Notes: a model not told the origin generated them from the letters alone. A DNA stretch of 64,000 nt from Patescibacteria group bacterium (GCA_041650915.1 JBAZKE010000002.1:80638-144637); one strand, 5' to 3'. Counted from the stretch's first letter, positions 47,461-58,203 are shown. Numbers and translations: made by a program.

Positions 47461-47892
47461 CTACCCGTCGGCATGTACGAGCCGGCGGAGGTACCGCCGC
47501 TCTTCCGAACGGATGAGCCACAGCACCCCCACGATGGCAGCTGTATCAATAAAATACAGGTGGCCGGTAAACGCCGGCGGAATGATGAGCAGCAAATCCT
47601 TCCACCGAAAAAATTCGGCAATAAAAGGATGTGATGAACGGTCGCCGCGGAATGCGCTGAGTTCAACGTACGCCTTCCTGCTCCGCTTGATCGCCCGATA
47701 GTACATCCGGTATACGATCCCCGTGCCGATGAGTACGAACGCAAAAATCCAGACATACCATGGAGACGAAACCTCGATCTTTGCCATGACGGTAATAACA
47801 ACGCTCATTCCGAGCAGAATGTCCCACAGCGTATCGGCACGGTGTTCATACTGGTTAAAGGCACGAACCGCTTGTTGAAATTCCCTAGTCAT
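47461..47892 (-). CDS. Hypothetical membrane protein
   Basis: Start set at the internal MTREFQQ. Three TM helices. Confidence 0.4.
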   Translation of the reverse strand: MTREFQQAVRAFNQYEHRADTLWDILLGMSVVITVMAKIEVSSPWYVWIFAFVLIGTGIVYRMYYRAIKRSRKAYVELSAFRGDRSSHPFIAEFFRWKDLLLIIPPAFTGHLYFIDTAAIVGVLWLIRSEERRYLRRLVHADG

Positions 47893-49396
47893 CGGCACCC
47901 CCCTTCCGTACAGAAAAAATAGTGACATTTCCAATGCTGTGCCGCGTAATGCCGCTGGAAGAGATGAACCACTCAGGGGGCGCAGCGGAAAAACCGACAA
48001 CCGCCGCGTACTCCAGCCCGGCCTCCTGCGCTGCCGGCGAGAGTCCGGCCCGCTCAAAAAGGTATGTATAGCCCGAATCGTACGCTCCGACAGGCAGGCT
48101 CACAAACACAAACGGTTCGCCCCTGCTGTCATCATGAATGTACTCCACGGCAGACTCCATTTCCGAAAGGGTGATGGGGTACGAGCTTGCTCTCGATCCT
48201 CCGGGAGAGAGGTCACGAAGCAGTATGACCGAATAGTACAGCTGTAATCCCGCCAGCCCGAAGAGTAACCCGAAGAGCGGAATTCGCAGCGATCTAGCGC
48301 GCCAACCGTACCCGAAAACCCACCCGAAAAAAATAAACGGCAGTGGAAAAACGATGCAGAAGTAGTGTACCGGTATCTTCGCCTGATACAGTACGTACGA
48401 ACAGAGCGGCAGCACGAGCCAGATCAGCATGAGCGTCCCTGCGACGTGCCGGCGTTTTCGTTTAACCGCGGCAGCAAGCTCAGCGAGCAACACCGCCGCC
48501 GAAGCGGCTGCCAGTGCATAGAACAGCACGGCTGATTGCTTGTGGGTCAGGCTCTCAAACCAAAAATCCCTGACGACGTTCTTCGCCTCCCGCGCACGCT
48601 CAAAAAGGCTCACTGGATTGTCTGTCTCCGACTGGGTGAGTATTTGTGTGAACCCGTTAACATTTTGGAAGCCGTGCGTCACGTCGTACGCAATCATCGG
48701 CGCATTCAGCGCTACAATAATCGCGGCCGCAGCTGCGTACTTCTGCCACGGAATCCGCGGACGGAAAATGATAAAATAAACAACGAGCATTGCCGGTACG
48801 AGAATCAGCGCTGTGCCGTGCAGCTGAACCACAAGACCGACTGCGACTGCAAGCACGTACAGGTACCATGCACTCTTCCGGTTGCGTTCCAGGTGCGCGA
48901 GCTCATACAGCGAGAGGAATATGAGGAGCATAAAAAACGGAACGACGTTCGGATGCCATACCCAGCGCCCGTAGTACACCATGAGGTAGCTCGCCGAAAA
49001 GAGCGCTGCGGCAGACAGGCCGGCAGCGGCATTCACAAACTTTTTTCCGACAAGGTACACGAGCACAATGCTCGCGCTCGTCACGAGCGCCGCGGCGGCA
49101 GCGCCACCGGCTGGCGACAGTCCGCTCATCCAGTAGAAGGGCACGAGCAGGTAGTAAAAAAACGGTCCAAGGTGGAAGCCCGACCAATTGTTCGGCGCTG
49201 CAGGCCCGAGGGCAACGAGATCTTCTCCCGTTGCAATGCTGCGGACAACGCGGGCCACATTTCCCTCATCCTGACCAAAGTGCATCCAGCCGCCAACCTG
49301 GTAAAGCCGGAGTGCCGACCCTGCCAGGACGATAATGACCAGGAGCGCAAATTCGATCCTGTTCCTACGAATCCAGCTGAGTGCCCGCTGTACCAT
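47885..49396 (-). CDS. GT-C-fold glycosyltransferase (ArnT/PMT-like)
   Basis: GQDEGNVARVV-type first-loop motif; 11 or more TM; C-terminal soluble domain; 503 aa. Resembles 21506..23026. Confidence 0.6.
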   Translation of the reverse strand: MVQRALSWIRRNRIEFALLVIIVLAGSALRLYQVGGWMHFGQDEGNVARVVRSIATGEDLVALGPAAPNNWSGFHLGPFFYYLLVPFYWMSGLSPAGGAAAAALVTSASIVLVYLVGKKFVNAAAGLSAAALFSASYLMVYYGRWVWHPNVVPFFMLLIFLSLYELAHLERNRKSAWYLYVLAVAVGLVVQLHGTALILVPAMLVVYFIIFRPRIPWQKYAAAAAIIVALNAPMIAYDVTHGFQNVNGFTQILTQSETDNPVSLFERAREAKNVVRDFWFESLTHKQSAVLFYALAAASAAVLLAELAAAVKRKRRHVAGTLMLIWLVLPLCSYVLYQAKIPVHYFCIVFPLPFIFFGWVFGYGWRARSLRIPLFGLLFGLAGLQLYYSVILLRDLSPGGSRASSYPITLSEMESAVEYIHDDSRGEPFVFVSLPVGAYDSGYTYLFERAGLSPAAQEAGLEYAAVVGFSAAPPEWFISSSGITRHSIGNVTIFSVRKGGADD

Positions 49397-50810
49397 GAAA
49401 TCTAAAAATTAAATTCTGGCATGTAACCATCAATCCAATGAGGAACCAGACGTGGACAATGTAGAGCGTCGAGAACGTCTGATACTGCACGATCGTTCCG
49501 ATGAACGCCGCAACGAGGCCGACCATGAGCGCCCGCAAGTACGTATTCGGTGTGAGTCGCACCGCGCGTACCGAACGCACAATAAGCACCGCGATGAGTG
49601 CGAGAAAAGCAGTGAAGCCGAGAATGCCATTCTCAGCGAGCACTTCAATAAATTCATTATTGACGATGCGCCATCCGTCTTTCGGCACGTAGTAGGGATG
49701 CGGGGCAGCATACGGGCCGAATGATCCGGGTCCGATCCCGATAACCGGATGGCCTCTCCACGCAGCGTACGCCTGCTCAAATGTCACGATCCTCTCATCA
49801 TACGACGCGCCGTAGAATGCGTTGACGACGTGCGCTTCGAACTTTTCGATGGTAAAGAGCTCCCCGCTCGAGCTGAGGGTCTGCACGACAATCCACCCGA
49901 CGAGTGCAATTGCAGCAACGAGGATGATCACATTCCGGGGAGTAAAAAGTTTCTTAAAGAAAAAAATGCTGACGACAAAGAGCGCTGCGGCCATCGCGAG
50001 GTACCCGCCGCGAGAGACTGTCAGCACGAGATTGACTGCTCCGAGGCCGAAGAGGGCGATCAGCCAGCCGACACGTACGACGTTCGTACCGACGAGGAAA
50101 AAGGCGAACAGAACTGAGACGGGGATGAGAAGGTAGTTTGCAAAATAGAGCGGCTCGTACGCGGTAGATTGTACGCGGGTAAAACCCAGGATATCCTTCG
50201 AGTACAAGTCACGCAGGCCGGTGACCTCAGGCGGGAGCCCGGTCATATCACCGAGAAACTGGAACAGCCCAAAAATCGACACGGCGACGAAAGCGATGAG
50301 AAGCGCCGCGAGGATGCGGCGCATGTTGCGCTCCGTCAGAACTAAATTTGGGATCACGAAAGCGAGCATTGCCGTAAAGACTATATAGCCGAGAATGGTC
50401 AGCGAGCGCCCGAGATTCACGGCATTCATCAGAGAAAAAACGTTGACCGCCAAGAAAATTCCGAGCGGAATGAGTGCGGGATTCTTTGCAAAATGAAATT
50501 GCTTTTTCTGTGCCGCGTAAACGGCCCAGGCAGCTGTAGTCACCGCTAAAAAAATTTGGCTTATCCTGATTGTCATATCGCCGAACTCATACGCCCCGAT
50601 CCGCTCAAAGGGAAGTGCGAGCGCAATGAGCACGATTCCCGTAGCCGGATCCCGGATAATGAGCGCACATAACACCAGAAACAGCAGCCCGGCTACGACA
50701 AAAAACCAGGGGAGCGCACTCGAGCCGATTCCCATGACGATGACGGCGAGCAGCGCCACGCCCGCAACTGCCCAGTACCGCCCGTGATGTACGATGAGGC
50801 CCTTTGCCAT
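49365..50810 (-). CDS. O-antigen ligase-like membrane protein (Wzy_C family)
   Basis: Multi-TM with an LVLTVSRGGYLAMAAAL block; C-terminal periplasmic segment. Start set at MAKGLIV so as not to overlap the upstream GT4 gene. Confidence 0.55.
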   Translation of the reverse strand: MAKGLIVHHGRYWAVAGVALLAVIVMGIGSSALPWFFVVAGLLFLVLCALIIRDPATGIVLIALALPFERIGAYEFGDMTIRISQIFLAVTTAAWAVYAAQKKQFHFAKNPALIPLGIFLAVNVFSLMNAVNLGRSLTILGYIVFTAMLAFVIPNLVLTERNMRRILAALLIAFVAVSIFGLFQFLGDMTGLPPEVTGLRDLYSKDILGFTRVQSTAYEPLYFANYLLIPVSVLFAFFLVGTNVVRVGWLIALFGLGAVNLVLTVSRGGYLAMAAALFVVSIFFFKKLFTPRNVIILVAAIALVGWIVVQTLSSSGELFTIEKFEAHVVNAFYGASYDERIVTFEQAYAAWRGHPVIGIGPGSFGPYAAPHPYYVPKDGWRIVNNEFIEVLAENGILGFTAFLALIAVLIVRSVRAVRLTPNTYLRALMVGLVAAFIGTIVQYQTFSTLYIVHVWFLIGLMVTCQNLIFRFHGTAGTQLDS

Positions 50811-50814
50811 ACCC

Positions 50815-51939
50815 CTACTTGCGGAATAGTAAATAAAAGTCCCGTTCCATTCGCTCGAGGCTGAAGCGCTCTTCAACCTTCACCCGCGCCCGGAGCGCCA
50901 TTTCCTTCGCCTCCGACCTATTATTGTAGAGGTAGAGGAGCTGGTCGGCAAGATCCCGCCCGCTGCCCGGCTCGGCAAGCAGCCCCGTTTTTCCCGGATC
51001 GATGATCTCCTGCGTTCCGCCGATTTTTGAAGCCACGACAGGCACGCCCGATGCCATTGCCTCAACCAGCGTCACGCCAAATGACTCCCGCTTTACCGAC
51101 GGCAGGACGTACGCGTCAAAGTACCCGTACCAGCGCTCAACCTCCCGCTGATAGCCGATCCACTGAATGATTTCCTTCAATCCGAGCTGCTCGGAGAGCC
51201 ACACGAGCTTTTTCCGCTCGCTGCCTTCGCCGACGACGATGAGCCGGACGGACGGCACGAATTCGCGGATGATGTTGATCGCCTGCAGCAAGTACTCAAT
51301 GCCCTTCTCAGATTCGAGGCGGGCAACGCATCCGACATTGAACCGCGCTGCGTGCTCCCACCGCCGCTCCCGCATCACAAAACGGCTGGTATCTACCCCG
51401 CAGTATACGAGTTTCACGCTCCGGTCAGGGACACCAATTACATTCGTGAGCTGCTCGCGAATAACGGCTGATATCGCTATAACGGTCGCGCAACGAGAAA
51501 GAAACCGGTAGAGCGGCCGCAGCGGATTCTTCGTCAGCCAGCGTTCGAACGTCACATGCTCGGCCCAGTACACCCGCATTCCGAGCATGCGCGCCGGAAG
51601 CGTCGCCGCAATTTTCTCGGTGAGCGAGAGACAGTAGACGGCGGTAACTCCCTTCCGAAAACGGTAGTACGAGAGGATGAGCGATAGATAGAGCACGGTG
51701 TATACAATGGTGAACGGCCACATGAGGAGGGCTCCTTTTGATACCGGCTCAAGCCCGACCCGCGCCCTCCGGGCATGCCACTTGCGCGCCCTGAATTCGC
51801 GGAGCAGCACCGGGCACGATGAAACGAGAAAAAAATCGAATCCCTTCTTCCGCAAACCTTCGACGAGCAGCAGCGTATGCCTTTCTCCGCCGCCGAAGAG
51901 CGAAGAGAAGGGAAATTTTAAAATGAGTATCTTTTTCAT
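50815..51939 (-). CDS. Glycosyltransferase family 4 (GT-B)
   Basis: N-terminal GGGERHT; C-terminal EsFGvtlvEAMAsGvPVVAskiGG..EII motif. Confidence 0.8.
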   Translation of the reverse strand: MKKILILKFPFSSLFGGGERHTLLLVEGLRKKGFDFFLVSSCPVLLREFRARKWHARRARVGLEPVSKGALLMWPFTIVYTVLYLSLILSYYRFRKGVTAVYCLSLTEKIAATLPARMLGMRVYWAEHVTFERWLTKNPLRPLYRFLSRCATVIAISAVIREQLTNVIGVPDRSVKLVYCGVDTSRFVMRERRWEHAARFNVGCVARLESEKGIEYLLQAINIIREFVPSVRLIVVGEGSERKKLVWLSEQLGLKEIIQWIGYQREVERWYGYFDAYVLPSVKRESFGVTLVEAMASGVPVVASKIGGTQEIIDPGKTGLLAEPGSGRDLADQLLYLYNNRSEAKEMALRARVKVEERFSLERMERDFYLLFRK

Positions 51940-51941
51940 AG

Positions 51942-53360
51942 CTACTCTCCTGACCTTACAATTTCCCGCAGGTCACGTGCGCTGACTCCCCGCAGCATGA
52001 GCAGCGTAACAACGTACGTAACCCCCCCGAGGGCAATCTGCATGAAGAGGTTTGTGCCAGCCGCACCGTAGAGGACAATGGCCATGATTACGCATGCAGC
52101 GGCCGACTTCATGAATACCACGGGCGAAGGCCACGCCCGAGTCGCTAACGAAACGATAAGGAGTGCCGCAAGCGTTACGAGGAGTTCAGAAACGACGGTC
52201 ATGCCGGCTGCACCGAAATACGAATATCGGGGAATGAAGACGAGATACCCAACCAGCGAAATTACGGCAACGCCGAGGTATACCCACATCATAGTCAGCT
52301 GCCGACCAATTGCAACGACCGTGTTGCCGAATAGATTGCCGATGAATATCGTCGCCGTCGCAAAGATGAGCACCTTGAGCAGCGCCGCGGAGTCGTCAAA
52401 GCCCGGCGCGACGAGCTCCATCACCGGCCCGGCCACGAAGAGCGTTCCGACAACCAGCGGGAGTGCGACCATCGCCATTGCATCGAATCCGCGCCGGAGA
52501 ACCCGTTTGAAGCGCTCGTGGTCAGCTGCTGCCCATGCCGCCGTCAGCAGCGGCAGCACGAGTCCGGCAAACATCGCCGGAAGCGTCGTGAGGACCTCGA
52601 GTACCTTGTAGGCAGCGCCATAAATGCCGACTGCCTCTTCGCTGTGGTACAGGGAGAGGATTACCGTATCAATCTTGAAGTACACGAGGTTGAAAGCGAT
52701 TGAGAGCGCGATTGGCCACGTTTCTTTGATAATATTTTTCCAAACGCCAAACTCGAACACGAGCTTGATCTTCACGAAGCGACGGCTGAAAAAAAACGTC
52801 ATGAGAAAATTAACAACGCTCCCGATGACGACGGATCCCATCACCCACAGCAGGCCGCAGTCTGCGCGGATGACCAGGAACGTTGCAGCAAGCAAAAAAA
52901 TTCTTCCGATCACCTCGGCGATGACGACGCGGTCCATGCGCAGGTGCTTTTGGAATACGCCGGCCAGCGCCTGGTTAAGCGTAATGCCGAGAAACGACAG
53001 CGAGGTGACGAGCACGCCGGCCTTGATGATCGCCGGCTAGGGAAAGAAGAGCACGACGACCGGAGCGAGCCCGAGAAAAATTACAGCAGACACGAGCCGG
53101 AGCGTGAAGATGTTGCTCACGATTTGCCGCTCGTCAGTCCCCGGTTCGGAAATCTTTTTTACGAGAATAATGTACAGCCCCATGTCAACGAGCACGCCAA
53201 AAAACTGCAAGAACGCCATGATAGTCGTATACTGCCCGAAGCCGCCCTGCCCGAGGTAACGGGTCAGCATGCCAATGACGACGATGCCGATTACCGTGCT
53301 GACCCCCTTCCCAACAATTTGGACAATGGTGTTGTGCGCGATCTTTCTCGTGTACGACAT
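51942..53360 (-). pseudogene. Wzx-type polysaccharide flippase (MOP superfamily) interrupted by a single in-frame TAG at 53037-53039
   Basis: ORFs 53037..53360 (the N-terminal 107 aa, IAHNTIVQIVGKGVSTVIGIVVIGMLTRYLGQGGFGQY) and 51942..53015 are in the same frame. The read-through is ...VVLFFP*PAIIKAGVLVTSLSF..., about 470 aa total with ~14 TM. Confidence 0.6.
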
Positions 53361-53683
53361 CGAGTGGAGATAAAAAAATTACGCTGAAATCACTTTCGGT
53401 ACCGCTGTCATACTGTATCCTATCACTTATGACACTGATTGACAATTGAAAAAAAATGTGCTAATATTACCGTAGAGTACAGAAAACTCCAAAACAAAAA
53501 ATAAAAAGCTCCCAAGAATTTAAACGGGGCTCACCAGTCAGCTGACGCTGCACTAGGAAAAAAACAAAACAAAAAGTCAATAAAAACGAGATATGCGTGC
53601 ATAATGACGCACTGTAGGAGTGGGAGCATACAGCGGTGCTGTTTTTCTATCATAAAAAAATAAAAATAAATACAACCGACACC

Positions 53684-55624
53684 ATGTATAAAAAACACTA
53701 CACGCCCCTGTTCGCGATGGTTATGCTCATGATGCTCGCGCCGTTTGCATCACAAGTTCTTTCGACAAAACCGGCTGATGCCGATACGGTTGCGCATGAA
53801 GCCGTCTTTCCCGCAGGGTACGATGCCGCAACGGCCGTCAGCATGACCGATATCATCAGCACGGGTTATGTTGGCCAGTACCGGTGGATTGAAATGCCCG
53901 AGCGGGCCAGGAATCCTCAGGTGCTCGGCATTTCGACTGTCGCGAGCCCGCCACCGGCATACCGCGCGGAAGTCGTCGAAAAGAGCCACGGTTACCTTAC
54001 CCTCAGTCCCGGTCAGTCCATCACTGTCTGGGTTGATTTTTTAAATACCGGCGGAGCAACATGGCGCAGGACGGGCGATCATTTCGTTGCACTCAATGTT
54101 GCCGGGCCTGCCGGCCGTGACAGCTTATTCCGGCACGCATTCTGGAATGAGTACTACTACCGTCCGGCCCGGCTCTTGCAGGACGAAGTGAAACCAGGCG
54201 AGATGGGCAGGTTTCGTTTTGCGCTGCAGGCTCCTGCAACGGTAGCGACGTACCTCGAAGAATTCCACCTCGTTGCCGAGAACCTCACCTGGATCGAGGG
54301 GGGATATACAAACTTTACCATCGGAGTCGGCCAGAATCCGGAGAACGTTCCCCAGTACCGGGCGCAGGAAGTGGAACGGAGCATTGGCGGCATGATCGCG
54401 GTTGAGCCTGGAGCGGAGTTTACCTTCTGGGTTGACTTCAAAAACACTGGAACAAAAACGTGGTACAACACGGGCAGCCGGTTCATCGCGCTCAATGTAA
54501 CAAATCCCGTCGGCAGGGTCAGCCCGTTCAAACACGACTACTGGAATGAGTACTACTACCGCCCGGCTCGGCTCGAGCAAAGTGCCGTACACCCCGGCGA
54601 AACGGGACGGTTTCGCTTTGCCCTCACGGTGCCGAATGTAGACGATTACTACGTTGAATCATTCGGCCTCGTCGCGGAAAATTTCCAATGGATTGCAGGT
54701 GGATCGCTTACGCTCGGATTCAAGGTTGGCGATCCGCCGGCCATTGAACCGGTCTACGCCATTGAAGACGAACCGGCGATCAGGGTCGGATTGTACGCAA
54801 CCGACGAACCGGTGAACATTACGGCGAGCACACCATACTCGGTGACCGACGTGGCAGCTGATGAGACAACGAGCATGCCTGCCGACGAGATAACGAAAGT
54901 GAATATCACCGACGGCACGTACGTCCGCATCATACCGCAGAGCGCCGATGGCATCGTAACCGTGACAAACTGCGACAATTCCCCGCTCTGGAACTCCTCG
55001 CTCAACGACAACACGTTCCGCGGCACGATCGAAGTGCGCTACTCAGAAGAAGCAGATACGACGTGGGTCATCAACGAACTCCCGCTCGAATCATACCTGC
55101 GCGGACTCGCCGAGGTATCCAACGGCCAGCCCGACGAGTACCTCAAGGCGCTCATCACCGCAGCGCGATCGTATGCGCTATGGCATATGCTGAACGGAGG
55201 CAAGCATCCGGACGAATTCTACGACATCAACGCAACGACCGACCAGGTATACCGTGGGTACGGATTTGAGCAGCGCTCGGAAGATCCGCTCAGCGCGGTC
55301 ATCGCAACGACCGGTACGGTCATTACGCATCCCGATGCCGTATCCCAGATCAACCCCGACGGCGTTGCGATCGCGGCATACTCATCCGGCACCGACGGTC
55401 GGACCCGGAACTGGACCGAGGTATGGGCGGGGAGCGGATTTCCCTGGCTTGTATCGGTCGACGACCCGCATGGCGCGATTCCGAATTGGAATACGCTCCA
55501 AGGCAACCACATGGTCGGCATGTCGGCGATGGGCGCGCGCGGGTATGCGGTCGAAGAACTAAAAACGTACGACTGGATACTCAAACACTACTACACCGGC
55601 GTAGCGGTCGAAAAACTATACTAG
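53684..55624 (+). CDS. Secreted SpoIID/LytB-domain protein with N-terminal Ig-like tandem repeats
   Basis: Signal peptide. Three ~115-aa repeats (WV.F.NTG...W...G..F.ALNV..P.GR.S.F.H..WNEYYYRPARL....V.PGE.GRFRFAL..P) of the same family as those in the amidase at 39.4-41.6 kb. C-terminal SpoIID domain (ELPLESYLRGLAEV...ALITAARSYAL). Confidence 0.7.
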   Translation: MYKKHYTPLFAMVMLMMLAPFASQVLSTKPADADTVAHEAVFPAGYDAATAVSMTDIISTGYVGQYRWIEMPERARNPQVLGISTVASPPPAYRAEVVEKSHGYLTLSPGQSITVWVDFLNTGGATWRRTGDHFVALNVAGPAGRDSLFRHAFWNEYYYRPARLLQDEVKPGEMGRFRFALQAPATVATYLEEFHLVAENLTWIEGGYTNFTIGVGQNPENVPQYRAQEVERSIGGMIAVEPGAEFTFWVDFKNTGTKTWYNTGSRFIALNVTNPVGRVSPFKHDYWNEYYYRPARLEQSAVHPGETGRFRFALTVPNVDDYYVESFGLVAENFQWIAGGSLTLGFKVGDPPAIEPVYAIEDEPAIRVGLYATDEPVNITASTPYSVTDVAADETTSMPADEITKVNITDGTYVRIIPQSADGIVTVTNCDNSPLWNSSLNDNTFRGTIEVRYSEEADTTWVINELPLESYLRGLAEVSNGQPDEYLKALITAARSYALWHMLNGGKHPDEFYDINATTDQVYRGYGFEQRSEDPLSAVIATTGTVITHPDAVSQINPDGVAIAAYSSGTDGRTRNWTEVWAGSGFPWLVSVDDPHGAIPNWNTLQGNHMVGMSAMGARGYAVEELKTYDWILKHYYTGVAVEKLY

Positions 55625-55807
55625 GCGGTTGGGTAGTAACGGTGCCCGCAAGTATGGTAGAATGTACCATGCGGAACGTTTGACATGCGCAACAGCATAC
55701 CCATCACGAAACTGGAGTCAGTACAAGGCCTGGGCCGGACGATCAACGACAGAGGAAAGGGGAGCTGGTGAGGGGTGCGCTTGGGCTGCCCCCTTACAAA
55801 AAACACT

Positions 55808-56476
55808 ATGACAATCATCGGCCCCAACATGGAAGTGACTGAGTACGACTGGGATCACATGAAAGCCGAACTCGAGAACTACTCCCGCGGCAAATTTTGG
55901 CCTGACTACACGTGGCATGCCGCACGCATGGCCGTCATCGACCCTGAACGCTTCAAAGAAGTGCTCATCACCGATAACGAATGGGTTGGTATGCTCCGCC
56001 AGCTCGAGAACTACCGGCGCCAGGAAAATTGGGATGCCTTTGCGGCACGGCTCGCACGGATGAAAATTATCGATCAGGAGCGGGCGAAAGATATTGACGT
56101 TACCGATGAGCAGTGGAGCAAGCTGTACGCGATCCTCAAAAAAACGGTCGCGATGAACAACTGGACCCTTTTCGCATCGCACGCGCACCACATGAAGACG
56201 ATTGATCCGGAACGGTTTCAAAAAATCCAAATCGAGGACAAAGCATGGAATGGAATGGTGGGCATGCTCAATGACTACCGGACGCAGGACATCCGCGGAA
56301 AGTTCACCAAGCACGCGTCATACATGAAAACGATCGTGCCTGACCGAGCAAAAGAAATCCGCATATCCGCAAATGACTGGGAGCAAATCGCCCTTGAGCT
56401 ACAGCTGAAACGCCAAAAAAACTACTGGGCGGCTTTTGCCGCCCAGGCGAGCAGAATAAAAACATTGCTCGAGTAA
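55808..56476 (+). CDS. Hypothetical protein of five tandem ~42-aa repeats
   Basis: Repeat W..FA...A.MK.IDPERF.....I.D..W..M...L..YR..... Confidence 0.5.
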   Translation: MTIIGPNMEVTEYDWDHMKAELENYSRGKFWPDYTWHAARMAVIDPERFKEVLITDNEWVGMLRQLENYRRQENWDAFAARLARMKIIDQERAKDIDVTDEQWSKLYAILKKTVAMNNWTLFASHAHHMKTIDPERFQKIQIEDKAWNGMVGMLNDYRTQDIRGKFTKHASYMKTIVPDRAKEIRISANDWEQIALELQLKRQKNYWAAFAAQASRIKTLLE

Positions 56477-56481
56477 CAACC

Positions 56482-57129
56482 ATGCAGCCTATTCAAAAAC
56501 AGATGTGGGGTGCCTCGCTGGCTACAGCGGCTATTTTGCTCGTGGCGCTGCTCGTCTATGCGTTCATCTACCATGGTGCGGCCGGTCTCCTCGCAATCAG
56601 CCAGGCCGTAGCAGGCGCAGCTGGCTTTCTTATTGGCATATCATTCCTCCTGGGGCCCCTCGCTTATTTTTACAAACCAGTAAGCCTCACGGTGGCATAC
56701 CGCAAGTACATCGGCTTGACCGGATTCTGGCTCGCGCTCGCATACTCTGTCCTGCTCATGTTCGTTGATTCGGACACATACTACGCCAATCTCTTCGCTA
56801 ACGTCGATAGCGCCGAAGTGCTGCTCGGCCTTATCGCTATTGCTATCCTCGCGTTCATGGCGCTCATTTCAAACCAGTGGGGCATCAGGCTGCTCGGCCC
56901 GAAACGCTGGCGGTGGGGTTTGCGGCTCGGATATATCGCGTATACGCTCCTCGTCGTGCGCGGATACCTGTTAGAAAAAAATATCTGGCACGACTGGATC
57001 GTCGGCGCCACTGGCGGCCTGCCGCCGCCGCGGCTCATACTCACGCTCTTCGCGCTCTCGGTCATGCTCCTCCGAATTGTTGTCATGATACAAAAAAAAT
57101 GGAAAAAAGAGCGCCTGCAGAGCGGGTGA
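56482..57129 (+). CDS. Hypothetical 6-TM membrane protein
   Basis: 215 aa, hydrophobic throughout; KKWKKE tail. Confidence 0.5.
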   Translation: MQPIQKQMWGASLATAAILLVALLVYAFIYHGAAGLLAISQAVAGAAGFLIGISFLLGPLAYFYKPVSLTVAYRKYIGLTGFWLALAYSVLLMFVDSDTYYANLFANVDSAEVLLGLIAIAILAFMALISNQWGIRLLGPKRWRWGLRLGYIAYTLLVVRGYLLEKNIWHDWIVGATGGLPPPRLILTLFALSVMLLRIVVMIQKKWKKERLQSG

Positions 57130-57189
57130 GCGCCACTGGTACGCGGCCATTATGCAGCGGCAGCCTGCATGAATGAAAACTGCCGCGCT

Positions 57190-58203
57190 CTACTGAATAA
57201 ACATTCCGTCGCCAAAGCTGTAGAACCGGTACTTTTTCCGTATCGCCTTTCTATACGTGTCGAGTATGAGCGTTCTGCCGGCAAATGCCGAAACCAGCAT
57301 GAGCAGGGTTGACCGGGGGAGGTGAAAATTTGTCACCATAGCGTCGACGAATCTGAACCGGTAGCCGGGATACATAAACGTATCGAGCCATCCGCGGTAT
57401 GCGTTTTTTCTGCGCGGCGCCATGACGCTCTCGAGTACACGGACCGATGTCGTGCCGACCGCGATAATCCTCCTGCCCTCACGTTTTGCACTCGCAAGGC
57501 GCCCCACCGTCTGCGCGTCAACCTCTGCGTATTCTGCGTGGATCTTATGTCGCTCAATAGTCAATTCTTTAACCGGCTGAAACGTGCCGAGCCCAACGTG
57601 CAGCGTGACGTACTCGAGCTGGACGCCCCTGCGCGTGAGCTCCCGCAGTAACCGCCTGGTAAAATGAAATCCGGCGGTCGGTGCTGCGGCAGAACCTACC
57701 TTTTTTGCATACACGGTCTGGTAGTCGGACATCCGTGCTCGCCGCTTGACATACGGCGGCGTCGGCGTGCTGCCGATTTTTTCCGCTATAGCGAACACGT
57801 CTTTCGCGGCCTTATTAAAGCGAGCATGCCATGCGCCGCTGTCCCGTTGTCCAATCGGCGTACACCGCAATCCTTCGCCAAATGAAATTTCTAAACCTGC
57901 CCGGCGCACTTTTCCGCCGATAAGCACCTCCCACACCCTGCCGCGCAGCGGCCGAAGCAAAAAAACCTCATTCTTCCCTCCGGTAGGCCGCCTGCCGATA
58001 AGGCGGGCAGGAAATACCTTCGAATCATTGAAAACGAGCACATCGCCAGGCCGGAGGTAACGGGTAAAATGTGCAAACGTATCGTGCCGGATACGCAGCG
58101 TTTTTCTGTCCACCACGAGCAGTCTCGAACTGTCACGCGGCCGGGCCGGCCGCTGTGCGATACACTCCTTCGGCAGCCGATAATCAAATAGTGCAGTCTT
58201 CAT
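57190..58203 (-). CDS. queA: S-adenosylmethionine:tRNA ribosyltransferase-isomerase
   Basis: MKTALFDYRLPKECIAQRP...SRLLVV...VFNDSKV...GTTS.R.LES QueA signature along its full length. Confidence 0.85.
   Translation of the reverse strand: MKTALFDYRLPKECIAQRPARPRDSSRLLVVDRKTLRIRHDTFAHFTRYLRPGDVLVFNDSKVFPARLIGRRPTGGKNEVFLLRPLRGRVWEVLIGGKVRRAGLEISFGEGLRCTPIGQRDSGAWHARFNKAAKDVFAIAEKIGSTPTPPYVKRRARMSDYQTVYAKKVGSAAAPTAGFHFTRRLLRELTRRGVQLEYVTLHVGLGTFQPVKELTIERHKIHAEYAEVDAQTVGRLASAKREGRRIIAVGTTSVRVLESVMAPRRKNAYRGWLDTFMYPGYRFRFVDAMVTNFHLPRSTLLMLVSAFAGRTLILDTYRKAIRKKYRFYSFGDGMFIQ

Noticed and set aside
51942-53360. Genome-wide stop-codon reassignment (TAG as sense)
   Set aside because: Only one in-frame TAG was seen in about 60 confidently recognised CDSs. 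Every other gene terminates normally, including at TAG. Treated as a local pseudogene or error.
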